Origin: the human T2T-CHM13v2.0 reference genome, Homo sapiens
Length of the DNA stretch: 64,000 bases
Assembly: GCF_009914755.1 (NCBI RefSeq)
Contig: NC_060929.1
Reading direction: 5' to 3' (one strand)
A model generated the notes under the pieces. That model did no database searches. It saw only the letters and a program-made list of their open reading frames with translations, and had not been told where the DNA came from. Position numbers and translations under genes: made by a program. Position 1 is the first letter of the stretch. Every line of letters begins with the position of its first letter. Shown here in pieces: positions 1 through 11,976 of the stretch.

Positions 1-1808
1 ATTTAGGACTGGAACTGAATTTAAAGGGCCTACAATCCTACTTCCCACTGAATGCCAAAACATTGTCTACAGCCTTGCTGACAAGAGCCGCTCAGGACTG
101 CTGAAATAATTTCTGGGATGAGGAGCTTGTTACTTTGCAAGGGTGCTGATTCTGATGTTGTTCAACAACTGTTGTTAGAAAGCTCTTTACATGTTTATCC
201 ATTTTTGTCAACAAATATTTATTAATCACTTTCTGTGCACATGTACTTTGTTAGGAGCTTTGGGATATGGAAAGATTAAAACAGTGCAGATTCCGCAACC
301 ACCTAGAGCAATGCCCTGGCCTAGGAGAGAACCTGAAAGGTGGTAGTTATTCAATACATATGTGTTCATTGAATGAACTACAGAGTGGATTACATTCTAG
401 CAAGAATGATACAGCACATGCCAAAGAAGCCATGATACCAAGTGGAACATGTATAAAGGAGAGGTATAGATACATGCAAGATTTATCAAGCTGAATGTGG
501 CTCTTTTTCGTAGCCAAATTCAGCTTGAATTTCGCTCTTTTTCCAAACCAGCTTATAAATGTCCATTCTGTTTTTCATAGGACATGGCTAAATTATTTGA
601 GAATTGCTACAACGTCCTTTACCTCTCTTCCAGGGTTAAGAACTGCAGGGCCTCGAGTGTATTAAATTATTTCTAGTACACACATCAATCTGAATTTCTT
701 CCCCTAGGCAGCTCAGTGCCTCAACTAGGCTCTTAAGAGGTCAGCCTAGAATGGAATACACCAACCAATTCAGACGTGTTCATACAGGCCTACAGTACAT
801 TGGGTCTCTCTTTCCTATGATCTGGACATGCTTCCCATACCATCTCATACTGCATATACTATTTGTTCATGGAACCCTTGTTTCCTGGGACATGTTTTAT
901 CTTGAGAAAACCCAATATTTCAAAGACCATAGTTTGGAAGATAAGAGTCTAATGTCATATGTGGGTTGGTTTTATTAGGGGGGAGGGGAGCAGAGTAATT
1001 ATTTTACACATACTGCATTAAAATTATAGATTTATAGTCCATTTATATCATTTTCTATGAAGGCAGATTTTCTTCATCCTTATTTGAATTTTGGGTTTTC
1101 TGCTCATCCCCAAACTTAAGTACTGGAGAGGAGTGTTATCTAATAAATAGAGCCTTAGACTCAGGTCACTAACTTACTGTGTGGTCCAGAAAAAGCTGCA
1201 TTCTCTTTCTGAATTACATTTTTTTCATCAGCAAAGTGAAGTGGTTGATCAGGGATATTATCTAAGGTTCTCTCTAAAGCTAACATTCAATGGACTTTCT
1301 CCGTAGCTTTCTTTGACTTCATCTAGATCATTCTATGACTTTTGCTAATCTCAGGGACAGAGCTATCAACTAGAAAGCAGTTCTAAACAGAAGCATAGCA
1401 AAAGCAAGACACAGCAGGTCAACCTGAGCCCCATCTTCTAAGGCTTATTTAGCATGTCAGAACTGCAGAGACTGGGAAGAAAATGTGAGCTAAGAGCCAC
1501 AACAGCCTTTGTTCTGCATCTGTACCATGTCTTCATAAGACGAGGAAGTCTGCAAGTCTTCATAAGAAGAGGAAGAAGCTGGGCATTTTTGCATGTGCAA
1601 ACCAATGCTGACATTTCTGTCACATCACTTCTACCATGATGGGTTTTACAAGTTGCCCACATGAACATGTTTGTTCATGTCTGAAATGGCACATCATTGT
1701 ATCACCTCACATGCAAACTCCTCACTCACTTTAAGTCTTTCAGCATTTCTACCCTGGTTGGTAGTGGCTTCTTTCCTGGCAACTATGATTATTTGAAAAC
1801 AACGTCAA

Positions 1809-2144
1809 GAGAAGGCTCGAAGGCGCCGCGGGCTGGGGTCGGTGGCTTAGGGAGCCCGTCCGGCCATGGTGGCCGCGGGTGGTGGTTGGCGCGGCTGCGC
1901 TGCGGCCCGGGGCAGTGCGGAGCCGGGACAGTCGCGGCGCTGACGCCCGCGGGCACCAGCTGCAGATATGAAGCAGAGCCGCTGCCGCGACCGACCGCAG
2001 CCGCCGCCGCCCGACCGCCGGGAGGATGGAGTTCAGCGGGCAGCGGAGCTGTCTCAGTCTTTGCCGCCGCGCCGGCGAGCGCCGCCCGGGAGGCAGCGGC
2101 TGGAGGAGCGGACGGGCCCCGCGGGGCCCGAGGGCAAGGAGCAG
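1809..2144 (+). pseudogene. MAST2: Retrotransposed copy of MAST2 exon 1 (5' UTR part plus first 59 codons) carried by the SVA; CpG-island-like
   Basis: ATG at 1968 opens MKQSRCRDRPQPPPPDRREDGVQRAAELSQSLPPRRRAPPGRQRLEERTGPAGPEGKEQ, the MAST2 N-terminus as recalled (parent MKRSR; here codon 3 is CAG, consistent with CpG decay of CGG). Ends at ...GAGCAG directly abutting SVA sequence. Very CpG-dense. Confidence 0.92.
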
Positions 2145-2184
2145 CCGCCTGCCTTGGCCTCCCAAAGTGCCGAGATTGCAGCCT

Positions 2185-3760
2185 CTGCCCGGCTGCCACC
2201 CCGTCTGGGAAGTGAGGAGTGTCTCTGCCTGGCCGCCCATCGTCTGGGATGTGAGGAGCCCCTCTGCCTGGCTGCCCAGTCTGGAAAGTGAGGAGCGTCT
2301 CCGCCCGGCCGCCATCACATCTAGGAAGTGAGGAGCGTCTCTGCCCGGCCGCCCATCGTCTGAGATGTGGGGAGCGCCTCTGCCCCGCCGCCCCATCTGG
2401 GATGTGAGGAGCGCCTCTGCCCGGCCGAGACCCCGTCTGGGAGGTGAGGAGCGTCTCTGCCCGGCCGCCCCGTCTGAGAAGTGAGGAGACCCTCTGCCTG
2501 GCAACCACCCCGTCTGAGAAGTGAGGAGCCCCTCCGCCCGGCAGCTGCCCCGTCTGAGAAGTGAGGAGCCTCTCCGCCCGGCAGCCACCCCATCTGGGAA
2601 GTGAGGAGCGTCTCCGCCCGGCAGCCACCCCGTCCGGGAGGGAGGTGGGGGGGGTCAGCCCCCCGCCCGGCCAGCCGCCCCGTCCGGGAGGTGAGGGGCG
2701 CCTCTGCCCGGCCGCCCCTACTGGGAAGTGAGGAGCCCCTCAGCCTGGCCAGCCACCCCGTCCGGGAGGGAGATGGGGGGGTCAGCCCCCCCACCCGGCC
2801 AGCCGCCCCGTCCGGGAGGGAGGTGGGGGGGTCAGCCCCCCGCCTGGCCAGCCACCCCGTCCGGGAGGGAGGTGGGGGGGTCAGCCCTCCGCCCGGCCAG
2901 CCGCCCCGTCTGGGAGGTGAGGGGTGCCTCTGCCCAGCCGCCCCTACTGGGAAGTGAGGAGCCCCTCTGCCCGGCCAGCCGCCCCGTCCGGGAGGGAGGT
3001 GGGGGGATCAGCCCCCCGCCCGGCCAGCCGCCCTGTCCGGGAGGGAGGTGGGGGGGTCAGCCCTCCGCCCGGCCAGCCGCCCCGTCTGGGAGGTGAGGGG
3101 CGCCTCTGCCCGGCCGCCCCTACTGGGAAGTGAGGAGCCCCTCTGCCCGGCCAGCCGCCCCGTCCGGGAGGGAGGTGGGGGGGTCGGCCCCCCGCCCGGC
3201 CAGCCGCCCCGTCCGGGAGGGAGGTGGGGGGGGTCGGCCCCCCTGCCCGGCCAGCCGCCCCGTCCGGGAGGGAGGTGGGGGGGGGTCGGCCCCCCTGCCC
3301 GGCCAGCCGCCCCGTCCGGGAGGTGAGGGGCGCCTCTGCCTGGCCGCCCCTACTGGGAAGTGAGGAGCCCCTCTGCCCGGCCAGCCGCCCCGTCCGGGAG
3401 GGAGGTGGGGGGGTCAGCCCCCCGCCCGGCCAGCCGCCCCGTCCGGGAGGGAGGTGGGGGGGGGTCAGCCCCCCCGCCCGGCCAGCCGCCCCGTCCGGGA
3501 GGTGAGGGGCGCCTCTGCCCGGCCGCCCCTACTGGGAAGTGAGGAGCCCCTCTGCCCGGCCAGCCGCCCCGTCCGGGAGGGAGGTTGGGGGGTCAGCCCC
3601 CCGCCCGGCCAGCCGCCCCGTCCGGGAGGGAGGTGGGGGGGGGTCAGCCCCCCTGCCCGGCCAGCCGCCCCGTCCGGGAGGTGAGGGGCGCCTCTGCCCG
3701 GCCGCCCCTACTGGGAAGTGAGGAGCCCCTCTGCCCGGCCACCACCCCTTCTGGGAGGTG
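2185..3760 (+). repeat. SVA VNTR (roughly 37-50 bp GC-rich units, G-quadruplex prone)
   Basis: Recurring units GCCCGGCCAGCCGCCCCGTCCGGGAGGGAGGTGGGGGGGTCAGCCCCC and GCCCCTACTGGGAAGTGAGGAGCCCCTCT; boundaries approximate. Confidence 0.93.
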
Positions 3761-4261
3761 TGCCCAACAGCTCATTGAGAACGGGCCAGGATGACAATGG
3801 CGGCTTTGTGGAATAGAAAGGCGGGAAAGGTGGGGAAAAGATTGAGAAATCGGATGGTTGCCGTGTCTGTGTAGAAAGAAGTAGACATGGGAGACTTTTC
3901 ATTTTGTTCTGCACTAAGAAAAATTCCTCTGCCTTGGGATCCTGTTGATCTGTGACCTTACCCCCAACCCTGTGCTCTCTGAAACATGTGCTGTGTCCAC
4001 TCAGGGTTAAATGGATTAAGGGCGGTGCAAGATGTGCTTTGTTAAACAGATGCTTGAAGGCAGCATGCTCGTTAAGAGTCATCACCAATCCCTAATCTCA
4101 AGTAATCAGGGACACAAACACTGCGGAAGGCCGCAGGGTCCTCTGCCTAGGAAAACCAGAGACCTTTGTTCACTTGTTTATCTGCTGACCTTCCCTCCAC
4201 TATTGTCCCATGACCCTGCCAAATCCCCCTCTGTGAGAAACACCCAAGAATTATCAATAAA
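3761..4261 (+). mobile_element. SVA SINE-R domain (HERV-K env/LTR derived) with poly(A) signal
   Basis: Typical sequence TGTGTAGAAAGAAGTAGACATGGGAGAC...GAAACACCCAAGAATTATCAATAAA; start approximate. Confidence 0.92.
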
Positions 4262-4526
4262 AAAAAAATTAAAAAAAAAAAAAAAGAAAACAACGTCAAA
4301 ATAAATCCTTTCTCATTTTCACCCCTAGCAATCGCTCACTTGGCTATGTCTATTTCAGGGTGTCTGCCCACATCTCTCTTTATTTACTCCTTCTCTCCTT
4401 TCTCTCTCTTCTCCATAGATTTTCTCATCTAATGCAAAATGTCCTCAAGAAGGTGGGCAAAGGCCTCTCAGGGTTGTAGGGGGTGGAAGGAGAAAGAACC
4501 AACCATTTCCTAGTGCACGATAATGT

Positions 4527-4547
4527 TTCAGTACCACGGAGAGCGGT
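4527..4547 (+). promoter_or_regulatory. RE1/NRSE (REST/NRSF) binding site candidate
   Basis: TTCAGTACCACGGAGAGCGGT matches consensus TTCAGCACCACGGACAGCGCC at 17/21 positions with canonical spacing; CpGs retained; host is a neuronal gene. Confidence 0.7.
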
Positions 4548-5455
4548 GCCGGGCGTGGAGACCAGGGAAAAATCTGTCAGCCTTGCGGGTGGTTTTCAGG
4601 CACCATTTGGAGCCCCACAGGTAGTGGAAATGACAAACGTCTACAAAGAAGCTTTGCAGTAAGAACCACTCTCCCCAGAGCCTAAGAGCCAAGCCTTACA
4701 TCGTCACATGCGAAGAACAGATTGCATCTGGGCCCGGGTGCCCGTCCTAATGTCAGCCTGCTTGGCATTTACCTTCCTTTCCCAGGCTGACCTATGAAGA
4801 TGGGGCAGGCTCTGGGGGCATTGTTCTAGCCATGCAAACGCTGTGGCCATTGTGTCAGCATGGAAGAGCTGCCGGTTCCTTTCCAGCTCAACACTGTAAT
4901 TTTATCAACTCTGGCTCAGAGAAACCTATATTTATAATGCTAATTAGAAGGGCACACATTTAATTTGAGTGGAAGACTATTTGTATCTCGCTGAGCCTGA
5001 TAGCACAGGGCTCAAGCGACAGCAGTCAGAAGCAAAGCAGGCCTTTCTGCCTTCTCCAAGTATTTGAAACAGGGCTTACTCTTGCCAAACAATTTCTCTG
5101 TTGGATTAAAAAGAGAGAGCAAGGGAGAGTGCTGAATATGCTGGAGCTCAGAAAACTTTGTGTTTATCTCCTGCCTGCATAATATATTTCTCTGTGCACT
5201 GAGAAAACATGCCTCTTATGTTATCTAATTGTTTCCTGACACATTTAGCAACATTTCACACTCTTTAAAGTGACATTAACATTGCTGACAGTGGAGGTAT
5301 TTTCATTAGATGGGCTTTGAATTTTAGGCAGGATGCACTGCAGGTCTTCAAATAGGCTTGTAAAAAGTGAGGAAGGCATTATTTATGAAAATAGAGACTT
5401 GGCCAACAGTGCCCTGTGGATGTGTATTAATTTTGCTGACTCTAGTCAATTTAGA

Positions 5456-5458
<3 letters not shown>

Positions 5459-5488
<30 letters not shown>

Positions 5489-5518
5489 TATGTACATGCA
5501 TTTGTGCACACACACACA
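5459..5518. repeat. (TG)n followed by short (CA)n microsatellite
   Basis: Direct reading. Confidence 0.9.
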
Positions 5519-6239
5519 TATAACAGCAACTTGTTGGGAGCCGAACTAAAACATCTTCATTATCCAGCATACCACTAGGCTCCGTGAGTATCATGGAAAC
5601 TCCCAAAACATCTCTCCATCCACATCTTTTTAGCCATAACTAAGCAATGTGCTATTTCAGACAAAAATCAGTCACTTTGCACCCAATCCTGAGGATGAGT
5701 AGCCATGTGGCTCATGTATATAGGCAGCATGATTATCACTCTCCCAGTGTAAAGTTAAATCCTCCTCCTTGTTTTCTCCCTTCATGCTTCTTTGTGCCCC
5801 AAGGCCATTTTTCTTATGTCTTCAGCTGTCTGCCTTGATGCATAGTTTTCCCCGGAGAGTGTCCTAAGTGAGCCTTCAGAGAAGAGTACCTTGAAAGCAC
5901 CTGCCTCTGCGGGGCCTGAAGAGAGACATTTGGAGGTTCATTCTGACCTTGACGAAGAAAGTAAGCCAGGCTTGGAGAAGGTGAGGAAGATGCAATTCGG
6001 GTTGTGAATTTCTGCTAGGGCACAACCTCACATGGAATCTCGACCCAATTGTTGATCTCCATACTTGTCATGAGAATAGAATAATATTTAGACATTCAAA
6101 GCTGAAGAAGAGAGCTCGCTGCAGACTGTCTAGTCATCTTGACACTGCTACCATTTCCAGTCAGCCCTCCTGCCCTACCCTGGTTAAAATTACTCTTCTC
6201 TGTTTGCATCTCCAACATTGCAATGACTCTATGTAGCCA

Positions 6240-6480
6240 TACAATGCTTAATTAGAGAGCTCTGAGTTCATATCTTGGCTTTGCGCATTACTTACTGTAT
6301 AACCTTTGTCAAGTCCCGTGATCTCTTCAAGACGGTTTGCTCATCTGTAAAATAGGGAGAATAATAGTAACTGCTAGATGGTATTGTTGGAAGGATTTCG
6401 TAAATTACAAACCATGACGTGCTAAACATACTGCCTAAAACATTTGTGAGTGCTCCAGAAATGTTAGTAAATATTAGTCT
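6240..6480 (+). mobile_element. MIR SINE
   Basis: Core-like CTCATCTGTAAAATAGGGAGAATAATAGTAAC with typical flanks; boundaries approximate. Confidence 0.65.
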
Positions 6481-6536
6481 CTTCCATGGCAATATGGGCC
6501 CTCTTGTGACTGAGACAATGTCATCACATTTCTTTA

Positions 6537-6976
<440 letters not shown>

Positions 6977-8485
6977 CTAGCAGCTAGGTAGCCACAATAA
7001 AGAACCCTGATCTCCTAACTCCTAGCCCAGTACTCTTCCTAACTGTACGCTAGTGGAGATTTTTCAGATACAAGGCAATGATGTTCGAACAATTGTTCAG
7101 GGAGGGTATAAATCAATGCATATGTTATCCATGTCCTAACATCTTCCTAACAACCTAGACCTAGTCCTACTCTCATTTACATTTTCAATTCTAATTTCAC
7201 AATATTTATAGGTCTTTGAGGGGGAGCTTTTCATGCTTTATATTGGCTACTGGTGGGTAGACTCCCAAGGCATATAATCTTTAGCATCTTATCAAGGACC
7301 ATTCAATGAGGAACGGGTGGGGTACTGTGAGCGTGGGCAGCATAGAGATAAAACAGTTTGAGCATCTGCTGCCTAGAGTGCATGTTTTATCTTTGTGGTC
7401 CCTAAAGCACATAGCAAAACACAGATTTACAGTTGAGAACTGTTTGCTATCTGCAGACAAAGCCTTTGAAAAGGAAAGCTTCCAATAATGAGAATGAAAA
7501 CAATTACCATTTGCAGAGTACTTCACCATTTGCAATGCACTTTCATCTATGTTATTATTTAATCCTCAGAAAGTCCTGTAAGGGGAATAGAACACCTATC
7601 TCTTACCTTTTTTATGCATGATAATAACACATACCATTTAATTCATAAAGTTTACAGAATTGTCTCATTTAGTACATTTAAAACTAGTGAAGTACGTTTC
7701 CACACATTTCACTTACCTAGTAGTTGAACACAGAAAAGTTAGATGACTTGCCCAAGGTCTCCCAGAGAATCAGTGGCAGAATCAATATTTGACATTCAAT
7801 CTGTTTCAATGCCAATCACATTGTTACATCAGCACTTGGTACTTTGTTATTATAAAACCTAATTAAATTCTCTGTGCACTGTGGCATGAGGTCTAAAATC
7901 AGAAAACCTAGGTTCCAACTCTTCTTCCCAACGAACTTATCCCCTCTGCAGTTCACTTTCTTCATCTTTAAAATGGGAAAAAGATTGTACAACCTACTCC
8001 CAAAGGGTTTGTGTCAGATTAAATACAATAATATATGTAAAGGGCTTGGAAATAATACCTGGTACCTCATAAGAGCTCAGTCAGTCTGAGCAATTGGCAA
8101 TATTATTGTTTCTATATACCAGGAACCGCAAGAAGTGAACATAAAAATGAGTAAGATGAATTCCTTTGCATCGTGGAACATATGTTCTCTAAGGGAGCCT
8201 TTTGAAAATTGTTTCGGCATCGGCATACAGTTCCTTTTAATCTTTCTCTAGCAGTTTTCCCCCCAACTAAGCTCTTACAAAATAGATTCTAGGACGGCAA
8301 GAAAACAGCTCAATGTATCTTCTGCATATTACTCAGCACAGACAGACAACTCAGTAAGTGACAGCATTGCCCACATAGTTTAACGCCTTCATCTGAAATT
8401 GTTGGATTGTCTTGGGTTACATTTCCCCAGTAGCTCCTGAAGGTGAGAAGCTTTCATAATTAGAGTCAAGAGTGGAATTGAATTT

Positions 8486-8790
<305 letters not shown>

Positions 8791-9433
8791 TGGAATCAAA
8801 TTTTATACAACGGTTGCGTTCTAAAGTCTGAAAATTAACCAAAAAAATGTGGTCGCGCTACCATGCCTGAAAATCCCTTGCTTCTCTTGGAGACTGACAT
8901 GTTGTCACTTAATAAATCTAACAGCCAGTTTTTCCTCCAAGGAGCACCAAGTGAAGTAGTGGCTTAATATTCTAGGCCACTTGGTTAAGGAAAAAAACAT
9001 ACATTTAAATTCAGAATCAACTCTTCTTAGCAAGATACTTACACACTGAGAGAGACACCCAAAACCTAAGACAACAGCCATAGCAGCCAACAGTGAAGTG
9101 AATGCCATGAGTAGTTGATATACATCCATACATGTTGGTGGAGTAAATTGTTATAATCAACCAATCATGGTGCTATTTATTATGTACAGGCTCTGTACTG
9201 GGTGCTAGGATACAAAGATGTGTATAGTGTATAACCTGTACCCAAAGTCACTCATAGTCTCAAGAATCAGCCAGACATTTAGGCAAGTACATAGGCTAAC
9301 ATGTAACAAAAGCAATGATGAAAGTATGTCCTGGGTACCAGTGAGTGTGGTGATCAGAAAAGACTTCTAAGGAAGGTTGTTCTTGAGATGAGTCTTTAGA
9401 GTGTCTTCCAAAGGTCTCTAGAAGGTGTTTGCC

Positions 9434-9733
9434 AGCTGGGCGTGGTGGCTCACGCCTGTAATCCCAGGACTTTGGGAGACCGAGGCAGGCGGCTCACCTG
9501 AGGTCAGGAGTTCGAGACCAGCCTGGCCAACATAGTGAAACTTCATCTCTACTAAAATACAAAAATTATCTGAATGTGGTGGTGCATGCCTATAATCCTA
9601 GCTACTCAGGAGGCTGAGGCAGGAGAGTCTCTTGAACTCATGAAGCAGAGGCTGCAGTGAGCCAAGATGGCACCACTGCACTCCAGCCTGGGTGACACAG
9701 TGAGACTCCATCTCAAAAAAAAAAAAAAAAAAA
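9434..9733 (+). mobile_element. Alu (AluS), inserted within L2-like sequence
   Basis: Full dimer with poly(A); degenerate TSD ending TTTGCCA on both sides. Confidence 0.95.
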
Positions 9734-10031
9734 GTATTTGCCAACAAAGAGAGAGCACCTTCCATGCACGGAGAGAGATATGAGGAGAGAATGATTCATA
9801 TTCAAAAGGACAGTTGTTTCGGCGTGTTTAGAGCATAGGGAAGGAGGGAGTCTGGCACAAGATGACATAGAGTTTAAACTATACTATAGGCAATGGAAAG
9901 CCTTGGGAAAGTTGAGAGAAGGAACATGACCTGAGCAAATGTGTGCATTCAGAAAGATGTTAGCTTTTGTATGAAGGGAAGGAACACAGTGAAGGAAACC
10001 AGTAAAGGGAAAGGTAGAACAATAGTCTAGG

Positions 10032-10218
10032 CTATGCTGTCCAACATGGTAGCCACTAGCCGGATGTGGCTATCTAAATGTCACTAAAACTTAATACAAT
10101 TAAAAATTCAGTTTTTCAGTTGTGCTAGCCACATCTCAAGTGTCCAATAGCCACATGTCTTAAACACTAGGGATGTAGAACACGCCCATCATCACAATAA
10201 GTTCTGCTGGACAGCGTC
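10032..10218. mobile_element. MER3-like hAT-Charlie DNA transposon fossil
   Basis: GCTGTCCA...TGGACAGC inverted termini; internal TAGCCAC...GTGGCTA motifs. Confidence 0.75.
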
Positions 10219-11312
10219 AATCTGGACAACTACACATGACCAACATAATGTTTTTCCCTTTGAGAGGATCTGGGAGGTGTAATTAAGCTGCATGTGTCAA
10301 GCAATTAGAACTTTCTGGTGAGAAGGTATTTGAGGATCCATTGCCTTTTGGAAAACAGGTGTGTCACTGCAGGTAAGGTGGGTTTGTGTCTTTGCAAGAG
10401 GAAGCTGCAAAGAAGCACTGCATTTCACCTCATGAAGATGAAAGGGCTAGCATTAGAAAATTACAGAAATTATTTTAAAAACAGACCCTACTCTCCATCT
10501 ATAGCCTCATCTATATTTGACACCTTCTGAAGTGCAATGCTGCCAGGGAGATGTGATATATAAATATGCATGTTGTTGGTGAGATATAGAAACGACACCC
10601 AAATGCATAGGGTCTCAAACTGTGAAGATAGTTCATGCTTGAGCTCCTCCTGCAAGAGGCCCTTTAACTGGGGCCGGTCCAACAGCATGCCACCCTTCCA
10701 ATAAATTATGCATAAGAGCTTGTTCACAATTGGGATAGTTTTGCCAGGGCCATCTGAAAACGATTTGTTTTCAAGAAAATGCTTAACTGGGCTTTCGTGG
10801 GTTCAGTGAAGTGTGAGTGAAGAGGACAATTAGGTCTTCCACAGTAAAAATAAAAACTTAAAGCGAGATGATGTGGAATAGAACAAACCCAGTCAGGCTG
10901 ATATCGTCTCATTGAGAAGACATAAGAGGTCATAATGAAAATTCCTCAGGTGAGGTTGAATAACCTAAAACTGAGGTGGAACATTCTCTGAATCTCCTGC
11001 CTCCATAAAGGCCACCCAACCCTCTCTTGTCAAACAGATCTCTCTCGCCTCTGGGGAAAAGCATGCTGAAACTTCCCCCAGTGACAATTAGACTTGCTTT
11101 GAGGAAATTTTGCCTCTTTCTGACTTAAATTCCCCAATGGTAGGTTAAGTTTGTTTTCTTGCTGTTTTCTTGGGTAGGGGAAGAAGGCTGACTGAATCAA
11201 ATGTTTTACTTCTAATATCTGCCCAATGCTTATAAACTGGAAAAAAGAGCAACTTAAAAATTGATCACGTAACATAAAGTATACTTATCTAAAGCCATCA
11301 CACGTAGTAATA

Positions 11313-11511
11313 CAGGATTTCTCAACCTCAATACTATCGATATTTGGGGCTGAATAATTCTGTGTTGTGGGAAGTTGTCCTGTGCATTATAGGATGTTTA
11401 GCAGCACCCCTGTCCCTACCCACCAGAAGCCAGTAGCACCCCAACCAAAAAGTTCCCACACATTGCCAAATCTCCCCTAGGGAGCAGGATTGCCCCAGTG
11501 GAGAATGACTG
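11313..11511 (+). mobile_element. MER20 DNA transposon fossil
   Basis: CAGGATTTCTCAACCT...GTCCTGTGCATTATAGGATGTTTAGCAGC...GAGAATGACTG. Confidence 0.85.
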
Positions 11512-11673
11512 AGCTAGTCTGACATTAGCACTAAATATAGCCTGCTATCAGAAATATAGAAGGTAGGTTAATAGCTTTATATAAATACATAATATGATAT
11601 AAATACAAAATATAAATATTAGAAGTAAAATATAAATACATAATATATATCTGTATTTAAATTTTAAGATGCT

Positions 11674-11976
11674 GACCGGGTGCAGTGGCTCACGCCTGTA
11701 ATCCCAGCACTTTGAGAGGCTGAGGTGGGCGGATCACCTGAGGTCAGGAGTTCTAGACCAGCCTGCAACATGGTGAAACCCCGTCTCTACTAAAAATCCA
11801 AATATTAGCCTGGCGTGATGGTGCGTGCCTGTAATCCCAGCTACTCAGGAGGCTGAGGCATGAGAATCACTTGAACCTACGAGGCAGAGGTTGCAGTAGC
11901 CAAGACTGTACCACTGTACTCCAGCCTGAGTGACAGATAGTGAGATTCTGTCTAAAAAAAAAAAAAAAAAAAAAAA
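11674..11976 (+). mobile_element. Alu (AluSx-like)
   Basis: Full dimer, poly(A), short TSD AGATGCT. Confidence 0.95.

Larger units (their letters stand above)
1809..4285 (+). mobile_element. SVA_F1 (MAST2-SVA / CpG-SVA) retrotransposon
   Basis: Perfect TSD GAAAACAACGTCAA at 1795-1808 and 4286-4299. Insertion site TT/GAAAA resembles the L1 endonuclease site. No CCCTCT hexamer head; MAST2 exon 1 joins a partial Alu-like domain at 2144/2145. GC-rich VNTR, SINE-R, AATAAA at 4256-4261, poly(A) tail. Confidence 0.96.

Noticed and set aside
2185-3760. Repeat array superficially resembling a CRISPR array or novel repeat system
   Set aside because: Tandem units without unique spacers; a standard SVA VNTR in human DNA; no cas genes.
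1697-3794. Numerous long overlapping ORFs (up to 279 aa) on both strands
   Set aside because: By-product of the GC-rich, stop-poor MAST2 segment and SVA VNTR; only the MAST2-derived frame has a recognisable protein origin.
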